Part shown: positions 14,487 through 22,697 of the stretch, in pieces
Layout of the letters: each line of letters starts with the position of its first letter
Position numbering within the stretch: position 1 is the stretch's first letter
From: Acidobacteriota bacterium
Lineage (GTDB): Bacteria; Acidobacteriota; UBA6911
Assembly (NCBI GenBank): GCA_963664705.1
Contig: OY761556.1
Location: 800,001-864,000, forward strand
DNA length: 64,000 nucleotides
Reading direction: 5' to 3'
Translations under genes and position numbers: made by a program
Notes under the pieces: generated by a model
The model's database searches: none
What the model was told of the DNA's origin: nothing
What the model saw: the letters and a program-made list of their open reading frames with translations, nothing else

Positions 14487-15326
14487 ATGAGTTCCTTTGC
14501 TAAAACGGGAAGCATTCTGCTGGTTGCCTTTCTCCTCAGCACGTCGGCTTCCCTGGTTTCTTATGCACAATCGGGGCCGTTTCCGAACATCATCCAGATG
14601 AATTCCAATGGGGCGTACCTGGGGATTGAGATGGAGGATGTTACTGCGGCAAATCTGGCCAAATTCAAACTGACCAGTGAAAAAGGGGTGATTGTCCGCT
14701 CCGTGGTGAGCGGAACTCCGGCAGAGAAAGCCGGACTTCATGAAGATGATGTCATTCTCGAATATGCCGGGACACCGGTGTGGTCGGCCGCCCAGTTTAC
14801 CCGGCTTGTCCAGGAAACACCGCCGGGGCGCAAGGTGGATCTGGCCGTCAGCAGAGAGGGGAAGCGTATCAGCCTGACAGCTGAAATCAGATCGAGGAAT
14901 GAAGATCGAAGCAGCCGGTCTGAGGACGGCATGCGGAATCTCTTTCGCATGCTTCCAGATGGACGGGCGGAGCGCGGGGATTCCCGAATTATTCTGGAGC
15001 CAAGCGGAAAACCGCGGCTTGGCCTGACCCTACAGCCCTTGAGTGATCAGCTCGCGGAGCATATGGGCGTTCCCGGCAAAAAGGGTGTTCTGGTCGCTTC
15101 CGTTCTGGAGGGATCTCCCAGTGCTGGGAAGGTTCGTGCCGGAGATGTGATTACCGCAGCCGATGGCAAGGATATCGGCCAGCCGGAGGATCTCACCCGG
15201 ATTGTTCGTGATAAAGAAGGAAAAATGAGCCTGAAGCTGATTCGGGATAAAAAGGAATTGACCGTTGAGGTGACGCTGTCGACGATTCCCGCGCCCGGCA
15301 AAGAGGAACGCGGTTTGAAATTATAG
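14487..15326 (+). CDS. Secreted tandem-PDZ protein (no protease domain)
   Basis: Signal peptide; two PDZ domains (YLGIEM...GTPAEKAGL...DVI and RLGLTL...GSPSA...GDVI); GGAGG RBS. Confidence 0.9.
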   Translation: MSSFAKTGSILLVAFLLSTSASLVSYAQSGPFPNIIQMNSNGAYLGIEMEDVTAANLAKFKLTSEKGVIVRSVVSGTPAEKAGLHEDDVILEYAGTPVWSAAQFTRLVQETPPGRKVDLAVSREGKRISLTAEIRSRNEDRSSRSEDGMRNLFRMLPDGRAERGDSRIILEPSGKPRLGLTLQPLSDQLAEHMGVPGKKGVLVASVLEGSPSAGKVRAGDVITAADGKDIGQPEDLTRIVRDKEGKMSLKLIRDKKELTVEVTLSTIPAPGKEERGLKL

Positions 15327-15338
15327 ACTCGACCCTGA

Positions 15339-15380
15339 CCGTAAAGATTCAAGGCGTGAACCCGCCTTGAATCTTTACGG
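15339..15380. terminator. Perfect 18-bp inverted repeat (terminator or REP-like)
   Basis: CCGTAAAGATTCAAGGCG-TGAACC-CGCCTTGAATCTTTACGG. Confidence 0.7.
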
Positions 15381-15393
15381 ATCAAAAAATTCG

Positions 15394-15441
15394 TTGACTT
15401 TCACCTTTTTGCCACCTAGAATCCGTGGTGGAGAAAAGGTG
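15394..15441 (+). promoter_or_regulatory. lexA promoter with two candidate LexA operators
   Basis: TTGACT-N17-TAGAAT; CACC-N7-CACC (15402-15416) in the spacer and GGTG-N7-GGTG (15427-15441) downstream of -10. Confidence 0.7.
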
Positions 15442-15446
15442 AAATC

Positions 15447-16052
15447 ATGAAACTGACTAAACGACAAAGAGAGATTCTCGATTTCCTCTCCGACTTTATC
15501 GACCACAACGGATACTCGCCGAGCATGGAGGAAATTGCGGAGCATTTCCACTTCGCATCCCTCAATGCGGTATTTAAACACCTGGAAGCTCTGGAAAGCC
15601 GTGGGTACCTGCACAGGGATTCCAACCGTGCTCGTTCCATCCAACTCTCCCCATCCGCTCCGGCATCTGTGAGCAATCTTCCTCTCTTTGGTTACATTGC
15701 CGCCGGACAGCCGATTGAGGCTGTCTCTGCTCCGGAGGTTTTACAGGTTCCCGAATACCTTTTGCCAGGACGTGGGGATTATTACATCCTGCGTGTAAAA
15801 GGCGAATCGATGATTGAGGAACATATTCAGGATGGAGATTACGTTGTGATTGAATCCCGGCAGACGGCTGCGCCGGGTGATACCGTCGTAGCTCTGGTCG
15901 ATAATGAGAATGTCACTCTAAAGAAGTATTTTCCGGAAGGCGGTCGGATTCGCCTGCAGCCTGCCAATCAGTCTCTTGAACCGATCATACTGGACGGTGC
16001 GAGGGTAAAAATTCAGGGTGTTGTTGTTAGCGTGATGCGTAAATACGATTAG
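15447..16052 (+). CDS. lexA: SOS repressor LexA
   Basis: LTKRQREIL wHTH, Ala-Gly cleavage site IAAGQP, catalytic Ser (GESM) and Lys (TLKK). Confidence 0.97.
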   Translation: MKLTKRQREILDFLSDFIDHNGYSPSMEEIAEHFHFASLNAVFKHLEALESRGYLHRDSNRARSIQLSPSAPASVSNLPLFGYIAAGQPIEAVSAPEVLQVPEYLLPGRGDYYILRVKGESMIEEHIQDGDYVVIESRQTAAPGDTVVALVDNENVTLKKYFPEGGRIRLQPANQSLEPIILDGARVKIQGVVVSVMRKYD

Positions 16053-16063
16053 GAGAGGGAATC

Positions 16064-16249
16064 ATGGGCAAAATTTACTACGTGAACATCAAGGGACGAA
16101 CGTTGGAAAGCAGGAATCTCAAGGAACTGCTGGCCCGTGCAGTTTCCACAAAGCGGAATATGGATCAAAAGTATCGTATGCAGGTTTGTTCTGGAGCGTC
16201 GGCTTTTGCGGCGAACAGCGGAACCGCCTGCGTCGGCTCCTGCTCCTGA
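16064..16249 (+). CDS. Small (61 aa) hypothetical protein, probably co-transcribed with lexA
   Basis: Strong AGGAGAGGG RBS 11 nt after the lexA stop; ATG start; basic N-terminus and Cys/Ser/Ala/Gly-rich tail. Confidence 0.7.
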   Translation: MGKIYYVNIKGRTLESRNLKELLARAVSTKRNMDQKYRMQVCSGASAFAANSGTACVGSCS

Positions 16250-16665
16250 TCCGCTGTCCGCAACCGGAATAGTGCAAACGCTGCAGGCTGTATGGAGCAA
16301 TCGCTTCCGCAATTGACTGATGCGCGATTCTTTATCGTGCGGAGTAGCGCGCTTCGGGTCGGAAACCTCTTGGCGAAAATTTTTTTTAGTTCGGAAACTT
16401 TCCGTCAATGCTTTGCGGGAGCTCTAATCCGGGCCTGCACATTCTTTATGCAAAGAGGTAACAACTATCTATTTTGCAATCATTTGTTCCTGTTAAAAAC
16501 TCTGCTTTCGCCCGGTTTTCCACAATTTCTGTGAAAAACTCGGAGTCGGTTTTCCGCAAAAATTTGTAGCGTGCCGCTCTCCAGGGGGCGGTGTATAATG
16601 CGCCTTCCAAATTGAGGGATGTTCCTTCAATTGCTTTTATCCGATCAAGGTGCAGGTAGGGAACT

Positions 16666-17286
16666 ATGTCGAAGCTTTTTAAGAAGGATGAGAAGTTCTT
16701 CAAGATATTTGGACAGATGACGGTGCATATCCTGGAGGCCGCAGAGATACTTGGAAACATGCTGCGGAATCCGGCCGAGGTGGATTTGGCATCGCTTGCA
16801 TCAAAGATCAAGGATTTGGAGCATAAAGGGGATGAACTGACGCATCGTGTTATCGATGAACTGAATAAAACGTTCATTACTCCGATTGATCGTGAAGATA
16901 TCCATGATCTAAGCGCAGCCTTGGATGATGTCCTTGACCTGATTGACGGGATTGCCACCCGGATTGTCCTTTTTCGTATCAAGGAACCGATTCGTTCCGT
17001 GCCGGAGATGTGTTCTGTGCTTTTAAGCCAGACCATGGAGATTGGAGCCGCCGTATCCAACCTGCAGGATAATGATCATGTAGTGGAGCGCTGCATTGAG
17101 ATAAACAGGCTCGAAAATGATGCCGATCGCCTATTCCAGTCTGCGATTGCTGCGCTATTTGATGAAGTGAAGGATCCCATTGAGGTGATCAAGCGGAAAG
17201 AAATCATCGAGACGCTCGAGGCTGCAACGGACAAGGCAGAAGATGTTGCCAATGTTCTCGAGTCCATCATTGTTAAAAATACATAA
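16666..17286 (+). CDS. DUF47 / PhoU-like phosphate transport regulator
   Basis: LEHKGD...TFITPIDREDI...LDDVLD; LENDAD; LEAATDKAEDVAN. Confidence 0.93.
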   Translation: MSKLFKKDEKFFKIFGQMTVHILEAAEILGNMLRNPAEVDLASLASKIKDLEHKGDELTHRVIDELNKTFITPIDREDIHDLSAALDDVLDLIDGIATRIVLFRIKEPIRSVPEMCSVLLSQTMEIGAAVSNLQDNDHVVERCIEINRLENDADRLFQSAIAALFDEVKDPIEVIKRKEIIETLEAATDKAEDVANVLESIIVKNT

Positions 17287-17296
17287 GGATGCCCAG

Positions 17297-17335
17297 GCCA
17301 CGAATTTCACGCTGGAGTTTTGTGAAATTCGTGGC
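17297..17335. terminator. 14-bp inverted repeat between convergent genes
   Basis: GCCACGAATTTCAC / GTGAAATTCGTGGC. Confidence 0.65.
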
Positions 17336-17342
17336 TATTCCC

Positions 17343-18296
17343 TTACGCACCCAGGTGCGCTGCCAGGCTTTCTCCAATTCCAATCAACAGGTCTGAGTTT
17401 TCCACACTGCGGATAAGGTGTTTGTCGACGGCGTGCACGCCGGCCAGGGTGCCGACAAAACTGCCTGTCAGCGCTCCTATTGAGTCGGAAGCGTCTCCCG
17501 CGTTTACGGCTGGAAGAACAGCACCGGCAAAGCTCCGGGGATGCTTCAAAAAACAATAGATGGCCGCCGGTATCGCTTCGATTGCATCGGAGCTTGTTCC
17601 GATTTCAAACAAGGCTTCTTCAGGCGGCAGGTGAGTGATCTGGGTCGACCAGCGCATCATGGCTGCCAGATCTTCATCCAGATGCGAGATATGATCCGCG
17701 GCTTCCAAAACCTGATCTGCCGGCCGGGAGCGTTCATCTGATTTGAGCAATCTCGCAATGAGGTAGGCGATGCCGACAGCCGCCGCCTTGGCCCGAGGTT
17801 CGTTGTGCGTAATGGTACAGTTGTCCAAGGCGGCACGAGTCAATTCCTCAGGGCAGTGGCTGAAATAGATGCCGATTGGAATCATTCGCATGGCTGCAGT
17901 GCAGCCGCTGCTGAAGACTCCGCTTTTGGTCCAGGGACGTCCGGTTTCCAGGTGCTTGCATGCGCGCAGATTTGCGGTTGAAGGAGTTCGATGCGGGAGC
18001 GTGTTCTGGTACCAGGAAAGCAATGCGTCCGCCTGTCGTGCTGGATCCATTCTCCTGCATTCGATCAGGCATTCCGCAGTCGTAAGCATTGTCTGGGTGT
18101 TATCAGTATAGGAACCCTCGGCCAGGAAATCACTCGCGTGCCCGGTGTGGGCTTTCACAAAGCTCGAGATCGGCTTGCCATAGTAGCGCCGTATTTGTTC
18201 CCGGCTGAGAAACTCCGCAGGCATTCCCAGTGCATCCCCCACAGCGAATCCCATCACAGCACCCACGCATCGATTTCTAAGTTCCTTGAGATCCAT
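17343..18296 (-). CDS. ADP-ribosylglycohydrolase (DraG/ARH) family protein
   Basis: GFAVGDALGMPAEF, GSYTDNT, AAMR, ITH, AGDASDSIGA; start set at ATG 18296. Confidence 0.9.
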   Translation of the reverse strand: MDLKELRNRCVGAVMGFAVGDALGMPAEFLSREQIRRYYGKPISSFVKAHTGHASDFLAEGSYTDNTQTMLTTAECLIECRRMDPARQADALLSWYQNTLPHRTPSTANLRACKHLETGRPWTKSGVFSSGCTAAMRMIPIGIYFSHCPEELTRAALDNCTITHNEPRAKAAAVGIAYLIARLLKSDERSRPADQVLEAADHISHLDEDLAAMMRWSTQITHLPPEEALFEIGTSSDAIEAIPAAIYCFLKHPRSFAGAVLPAVNAGDASDSIGALTGSFVGTLAGVHAVDKHLIRSVENSDLLIGIGESLAAHLGA

Positions 18297-18339
18297 GGGT
18301 AGCTTCCTCTTGAGAAAATTATAGCACGGGACAAATTGA

Positions 18340-18370
18340 GATTTACGATTGTCGATAGACGATTTACGAT
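18340..18370. repeat. Degenerate heptamer tandem repeat
   Basis: GATTTAC GATTGTC GATAGAC GATTTAC GAT. Confidence 0.55.
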
Positions 18371-18422
18371 GAGACTTCGAGCTGAGTGTTCGTCGATAAA
18401 CCGTCAATGGATGGAGGGTTGG

Positions 18423-20210
18423 ATGCAACTTTCATTGGTAGACTGGCTTGCCATCGCTGCCTATTTTCTATTTAACATGCTCATAGGCCTGTACTACCGG
18501 AAGCGCGCTACTGCGAGCACCGAGGACTATTTCGTTGGTGGCCGCAAGGTATCCTGGTGGCTGGCGGGGACATCGATGGTGGCCACGACCTTTGCCGCAG
18601 ACACTCCCCTGGCGGTGACTGGCTTCGTGGCCGCAAATGGGATAGCCGGGAATTGGGTCTGGTGGAACATGCTGATGAGCGGCATGCTCACGGTCTTTTT
18701 CTACGCCCGTCTCTGGCGGCGGGCGGGCGTTCTAACCGATGTGGAGTTTGCGGAGATACGATACAGCGGCCGGCCGGCAGCATTTTTGCGTGGATTTCGA
18801 GCCGTGTACCTGGGTCTGCCGGTCAACTGTATCATCATGGGTTGGGTAAACCTGGCGATGGTCAAGATCCTGATGATGATTTTTGGCGTGACGAAAATAC
18901 AGGCACTCCTGATCGTATTCGGCATCATGCTGCTGACCGCGATGATATCCACTCTGTCCGGTATCTGGGGTGTTCTTGTGACAGACCTTTTCCAGTTTGT
19001 TCTCAAGATGGGAATGATGCTTGTTCTGGCCTATTTTGCCGTTCATGCGGTCGGCGGCATGGAGTCGTTGAAATCGAAACTCCTCGGTCTGGATGCGGCA
19101 AAAGCAGCTGCAACCGGCGGTCATGGATCCATACTTTCCTTTACACCGGATATCGGTTCTGTATGGATGCCGATGCTGACATTTATCGTGTATCTGGCGG
19201 TCAATTGGTGGGCGACCTGGTATCCGGGGGCGGAACCGGGCGGCGGCGGATACATCGCACAACGCATTCTATGCGCCAAAGATGAGAAGCATTCCATGCT
19301 CGCAACTCTCTGGTTTAATATCGCGCATTATGCCATTCGGCCGTGGCCCTGGATTTTGACTGCATTGTGTTCACTCGTTCTGTATCCGACACTCGTGGAC
19401 AAGGAAAGCGGGTTCATCAAGGTCATTGTCGATCCGCAGGTGTTTCCCCCGGCTTTGCGCGGACTCATGATCGCCGCCTTCGCAGCCGCGTATATGTCCA
19501 CCATCGGCACGCAACTGAATTGGGGTGCCTCCTACCTGGTGAATGATTTTTACCGACGGTTTCTGGTGCGAAACCACGCGGAACGGCATTACGTATTTGT
19601 TTCACAGGCTGCCACGGTTTTGATCATGTTCGCATCCTGCTTCGTAACCTATTACCAGGATTCCATTGCGGGCGCCTGGAAGTTTCTGCTGGCAATCGGA
19701 GCAGGGACCGGCAGCGTTTTTATCCTCCGCTGGTTCTGGTGGCGCATCAATGCCTGGAGCGAGGTTTTTGCAATGGCGGCGTCCTTCTGCGTGTCGATGA
19801 TTCTCCAGTTGTACTTCAAATTGAACAATGATGATCCACTGCAGTTTGCCTGGATTGTGATCATCACGGTCCTGTGTTCAACCGTGATATGGCTGGCCGC
19901 GACGTACCTGACCTCTCCAGAGAGGGAAGACATATTGCTCGCCTTCTACCGACGCGTGCGACCCAGCGCGCTGCTGTGGCAACCGATTGCACGCAAGGCT
20001 TCCGATATCACTCCTCCGCGCGATGGCGCCTTCAATCTGCTGGACTGGGCATGCGGATGTATTCTCGTGTATATGAGCCTGTTCGGGGTCGGTAAAATCA
20101 TCTTCGGTCAGGTTGGCACCGGGGTTGTGTTTCTCATGATTGCAGGAATTGCCGGCTGGATCATTTATCGTGACCTGAGCCGCCGTGGATGGAAATCGGT
20201 GATTGAATAG
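18423..20210 (+). CDS. Sodium:solute symporter (SSS family)
   Basis: DYFVGGRKVSWW, SMVATTFAADTP, AAYMST, many TM helices; GGAGGG RBS before ATG 18423. Confidence 0.95.
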   Translation: MQLSLVDWLAIAAYFLFNMLIGLYYRKRATASTEDYFVGGRKVSWWLAGTSMVATTFAADTPLAVTGFVAANGIAGNWVWWNMLMSGMLTVFFYARLWRRAGVLTDVEFAEIRYSGRPAAFLRGFRAVYLGLPVNCIIMGWVNLAMVKILMMIFGVTKIQALLIVFGIMLLTAMISTLSGIWGVLVTDLFQFVLKMGMMLVLAYFAVHAVGGMESLKSKLLGLDAAKAAATGGHGSILSFTPDIGSVWMPMLTFIVYLAVNWWATWYPGAEPGGGGYIAQRILCAKDEKHSMLATLWFNIAHYAIRPWPWILTALCSLVLYPTLVDKESGFIKVIVDPQVFPPALRGLMIAAFAAAYMSTIGTQLNWGASYLVNDFYRRFLVRNHAERHYVFVSQAATVLIMFASCFVTYYQDSIAGAWKFLLAIGAGTGSVFILRWFWWRINAWSEVFAMAASFCVSMILQLYFKLNNDDPLQFAWIVIITVLCSTVIWLAATYLTSPEREDILLAFYRRVRPSALLWQPIARKASDITPPRDGAFNLLDWACGCILVYMSLFGVGKIIFGQVGTGVVFLMIAGIAGWIIYRDLSRRGWKSVIE

Positions 20211-20213
20211 TCG

Positions 20214-20248
20214 CCGGACTTCCGCCTCCGGACTTCTGACTTCTATCT
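20214..20248. repeat. Degenerate heptamer tandem repeat
   Basis: CCGGACT TCCGCCT CCGGACT TCTGACT TCTATCT. Confidence 0.55.
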
Positions 20249-20305
20249 TTTGTATTAGGCTTTTTGATGTATAATCCCTATTCCCTCACGCTTGGTTAAG
20301 GATTG

Positions 20306-21556
20306 ATGAGATCTTTTGCTTGGTTGCGCGCTTCTATCCGGTTGTGCCTGGGATTACTTTGCAGCCTTGCCTGTCTGCATGCAGGGGATAGTGTGCCGCG
20401 CGTACTTAATGGCATCGACGTCCTGCGCGAGAGTGGTTTTCAACCCCTTGCCGGGAAGCGAGTCGGTCTCATTACCAACCATACGGGGCTGGCGGCGGAC
20501 GGGACCTCCACAATAGATCTTCTTTATCGATCAGGGACGTGTAAGCTGGTCTTTCTGCTCAGCCCGGAGCATGGAATCCGTGGTACCATGGATAGCAAAG
20601 TGGATTCATCGGTTGATGAATCCACCTCGCTTCCAGTTTATAGCCTGTACGGAGAAACCAGGCGGCCCAGCGCCGAATTGCTTCAAAAAATTGATGCGCT
20701 TGTTTTCGACATCCAGGATATCGGCGCTCGCTTTTATACCTATATAACGACCATGGCCTACTGCATGGAGGCGGCGGCAAAGGCAAAGATAGCTTTTTAT
20801 GTCCTGGATCGGCCCAATCCTATCGGCGGCGTCCGCGTTGAAGGTCCAATCCTGGATGGAGACAGAACGTCCTTTACCGGATACATGCCGTTGCCGGTGC
20901 GGCATGGAATGACCGTGGGCGAACTGGCCCGCTATTTTAACGCGGAAAAGAGGCTTGGGGCGGAGTTGCATGTAATCGAGATGAAGGGCTGGCTCCGTCC
21001 ATATTATCTATGGGATACGGGACAGGTTTGGGTGAACCCTTCCCCCAATATGCGCAGTATGGCAGCCGCCGTGCTGTATCCCGGGGTATGCCTGTTGGAA
21101 TCGAGCAATATATCGGTAGGGCGGGGGACTGATCGGCCCTTTGAACTCCTGGGGGCGCCGTGGATTGAGCCCAGACATCTTGCTGCGGAGCTTAGAAAAG
21201 CGGGTGTTCCAGGCATCAAGGCCGTGCCCGTGTTTTTTACGCCGAGCACGGATCGATATCAGGGGAAGAAATGTGGCGGCCTGAGCCTGTCCGTTACCAA
21301 TATCGAGAAATTCGATTCGGTTTTGCTGGGGCTTTCGCTGATCGCCATTTTGCACCGCCTTTATCCCGACGAATTCGAAATCGGCAAAGTGATGGATCTG
21401 CTGGGAAATGCCAATGCGATGAAACAGCTGCAGGCGGGTAATTCTGTTCAGAAGGTGATTCAGAGCGGCAGCCAGAGGATGACGGAATTTCTTTCAAAGC
21501 GCCAAAAAGTTCTTATCTATGATGTGGTTCCCCGACACAAAAAAGAGAGGCAATAA
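20306..21556 (+). CDS. namZ: Exo-beta-N-acetylmuramidase NamZ family (DUF1343/YbbC)
   Basis: VGLITNHTG, SPEHG, SLYG, FDIQDIGARFYTY, LDRPNP, RHGMTVGE, PSPN, SVGRGT; signal peptide. Confidence 0.93.
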   Translation: MRSFAWLRASIRLCLGLLCSLACLHAGDSVPRVLNGIDVLRESGFQPLAGKRVGLITNHTGLAADGTSTIDLLYRSGTCKLVFLLSPEHGIRGTMDSKVDSSVDESTSLPVYSLYGETRRPSAELLQKIDALVFDIQDIGARFYTYITTMAYCMEAAAKAKIAFYVLDRPNPIGGVRVEGPILDGDRTSFTGYMPLPVRHGMTVGELARYFNAEKRLGAELHVIEMKGWLRPYYLWDTGQVWVNPSPNMRSMAAAVLYPGVCLLESSNISVGRGTDRPFELLGAPWIEPRHLAAELRKAGVPGIKAVPVFFTPSTDRYQGKKCGGLSLSVTNIEKFDSVLLGLSLIAILHRLYPDEFEIGKVMDLLGNANAMKQLQAGNSVQKVIQSGSQRMTEFLSKRQKVLIYDVVPRHKKERQ

Positions 21557-22431
21557 TGGCTTCGACGGTTCGAAGAAAGAAAAGGAAGGACGAAATTAAG
21601 GTAACGATTGCTCCCTTTCGTAGCCTGGCGGATTACAAGGCCTGTGAGGATATTCAGCGGGAAGTCTGGCACTTCCAGGATATTGACATTATTCCGGTGC
21701 CGCTTCTGCTGGCCGCGAACCGCACCGGCGGTACGCTCATCGGAGCCTATAACAATCTTGGCGATCTTATCGGCTTTGCCTTCAGCCTGCTTGGGTCAAT
21801 GGACGGAAATCTTCTACACTATTCCCACATGCTGGCGGTTCGAGTTGCCTATAGGAACTTTGATGTCGGGTACAAGCTGAAAATCGCGCAGCGAAAAGAA
21901 GTCCTTCGCCGCAAGATATCGCTGGTCTCCTCTACCTTCGATCCGATGCAGCCGCTGAACGCCTATTTCACGCTGGGTAAGCTGGGGGCGTGGACCAATA
22001 CTTACGAAGAAGATTTTTATGGGGAAACCACCAGTGCTTCAGATCGAGGGCTCCCCACTGACCGAATGCTTGCCATTTGGGATCTTGACAGTAACCAGGT
22101 CGCCGAGAGACTCGAGTCCGGCCCTGCCCGCCGCGACATTCGAAAAGAGCTGAAGCAAAAGACGGTTATCAATACGTTGATCGAAGTTGCGCCGGGGCTG
22201 ATGCATTCGTCTCCTTTAAAGCTGAATTGCGCTGCCGACCGCTTTCTTTTCGAAGTTCCCTATAATCTTCCGGAAATCAAAAATCGAGACCTTGGAATGG
22301 CTCTCGAGTGGCAGGGGAAGATGCGCCAGGTATTCAAGAGTTATTTTAAAAAGGGATATGCGGCTACCGATTTCTGGGTGTCCGAGCAGGATGGGCATCT
22401 GCGCTCATTCTATCTTCTCGAAAAGCTGTAA
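21556..22431 (+). CDS. Double GNAT acyltransferase (COG3375-like)
   Basis: IQREVW, YSHMLAV, LKIAQR, TFDPMQPLNAYF...KLG, GLPTDRM; TAATG overlap with namZ. Confidence 0.85.
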   Translation: MASTVRRKKRKDEIKVTIAPFRSLADYKACEDIQREVWHFQDIDIIPVPLLLAANRTGGTLIGAYNNLGDLIGFAFSLLGSMDGNLLHYSHMLAVRVAYRNFDVGYKLKIAQRKEVLRRKISLVSSTFDPMQPLNAYFTLGKLGAWTNTYEEDFYGETTSASDRGLPTDRMLAIWDLDSNQVAERLESGPARRDIRKELKQKTVINTLIEVAPGLMHSSPLKLNCAADRFLFEVPYNLPEIKNRDLGMALEWQGKMRQVFKSYFKKGYAATDFWVSEQDGHLRSFYLLEKL

Positions 22432-22444
22432 CGGAGCTATTTAG

Positions 22445-22491
22445 CTGCAGCAGGTTTCCGTGCCTAATCTGCGGGCTGCAACCTGCTGCAG
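22445..22491. terminator. 12-bp inverted repeat after the GNAT gene
   Basis: CTGCAGCAGGTT / AACCTGCTGCAG. Confidence 0.5.
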
Positions 22492-22697
22492 TGCATGATG
22501 CGACCCCTCGTGTATTGACAGACAAGCAACCCCATCCTCATTGAAACCCGCCGGGAGCGCCTCTTCATATCCGGTGATTAGTGGCGGAATGGACCAATGC
22601 CCAACCAAATGCATCATAGGATGACCTCGAGTCGATTGGCCAAGCGGAAAGGCAGTTTTCGTGAAATAATAGCGAAGTTTCTCTTGAGGGGAGATCT

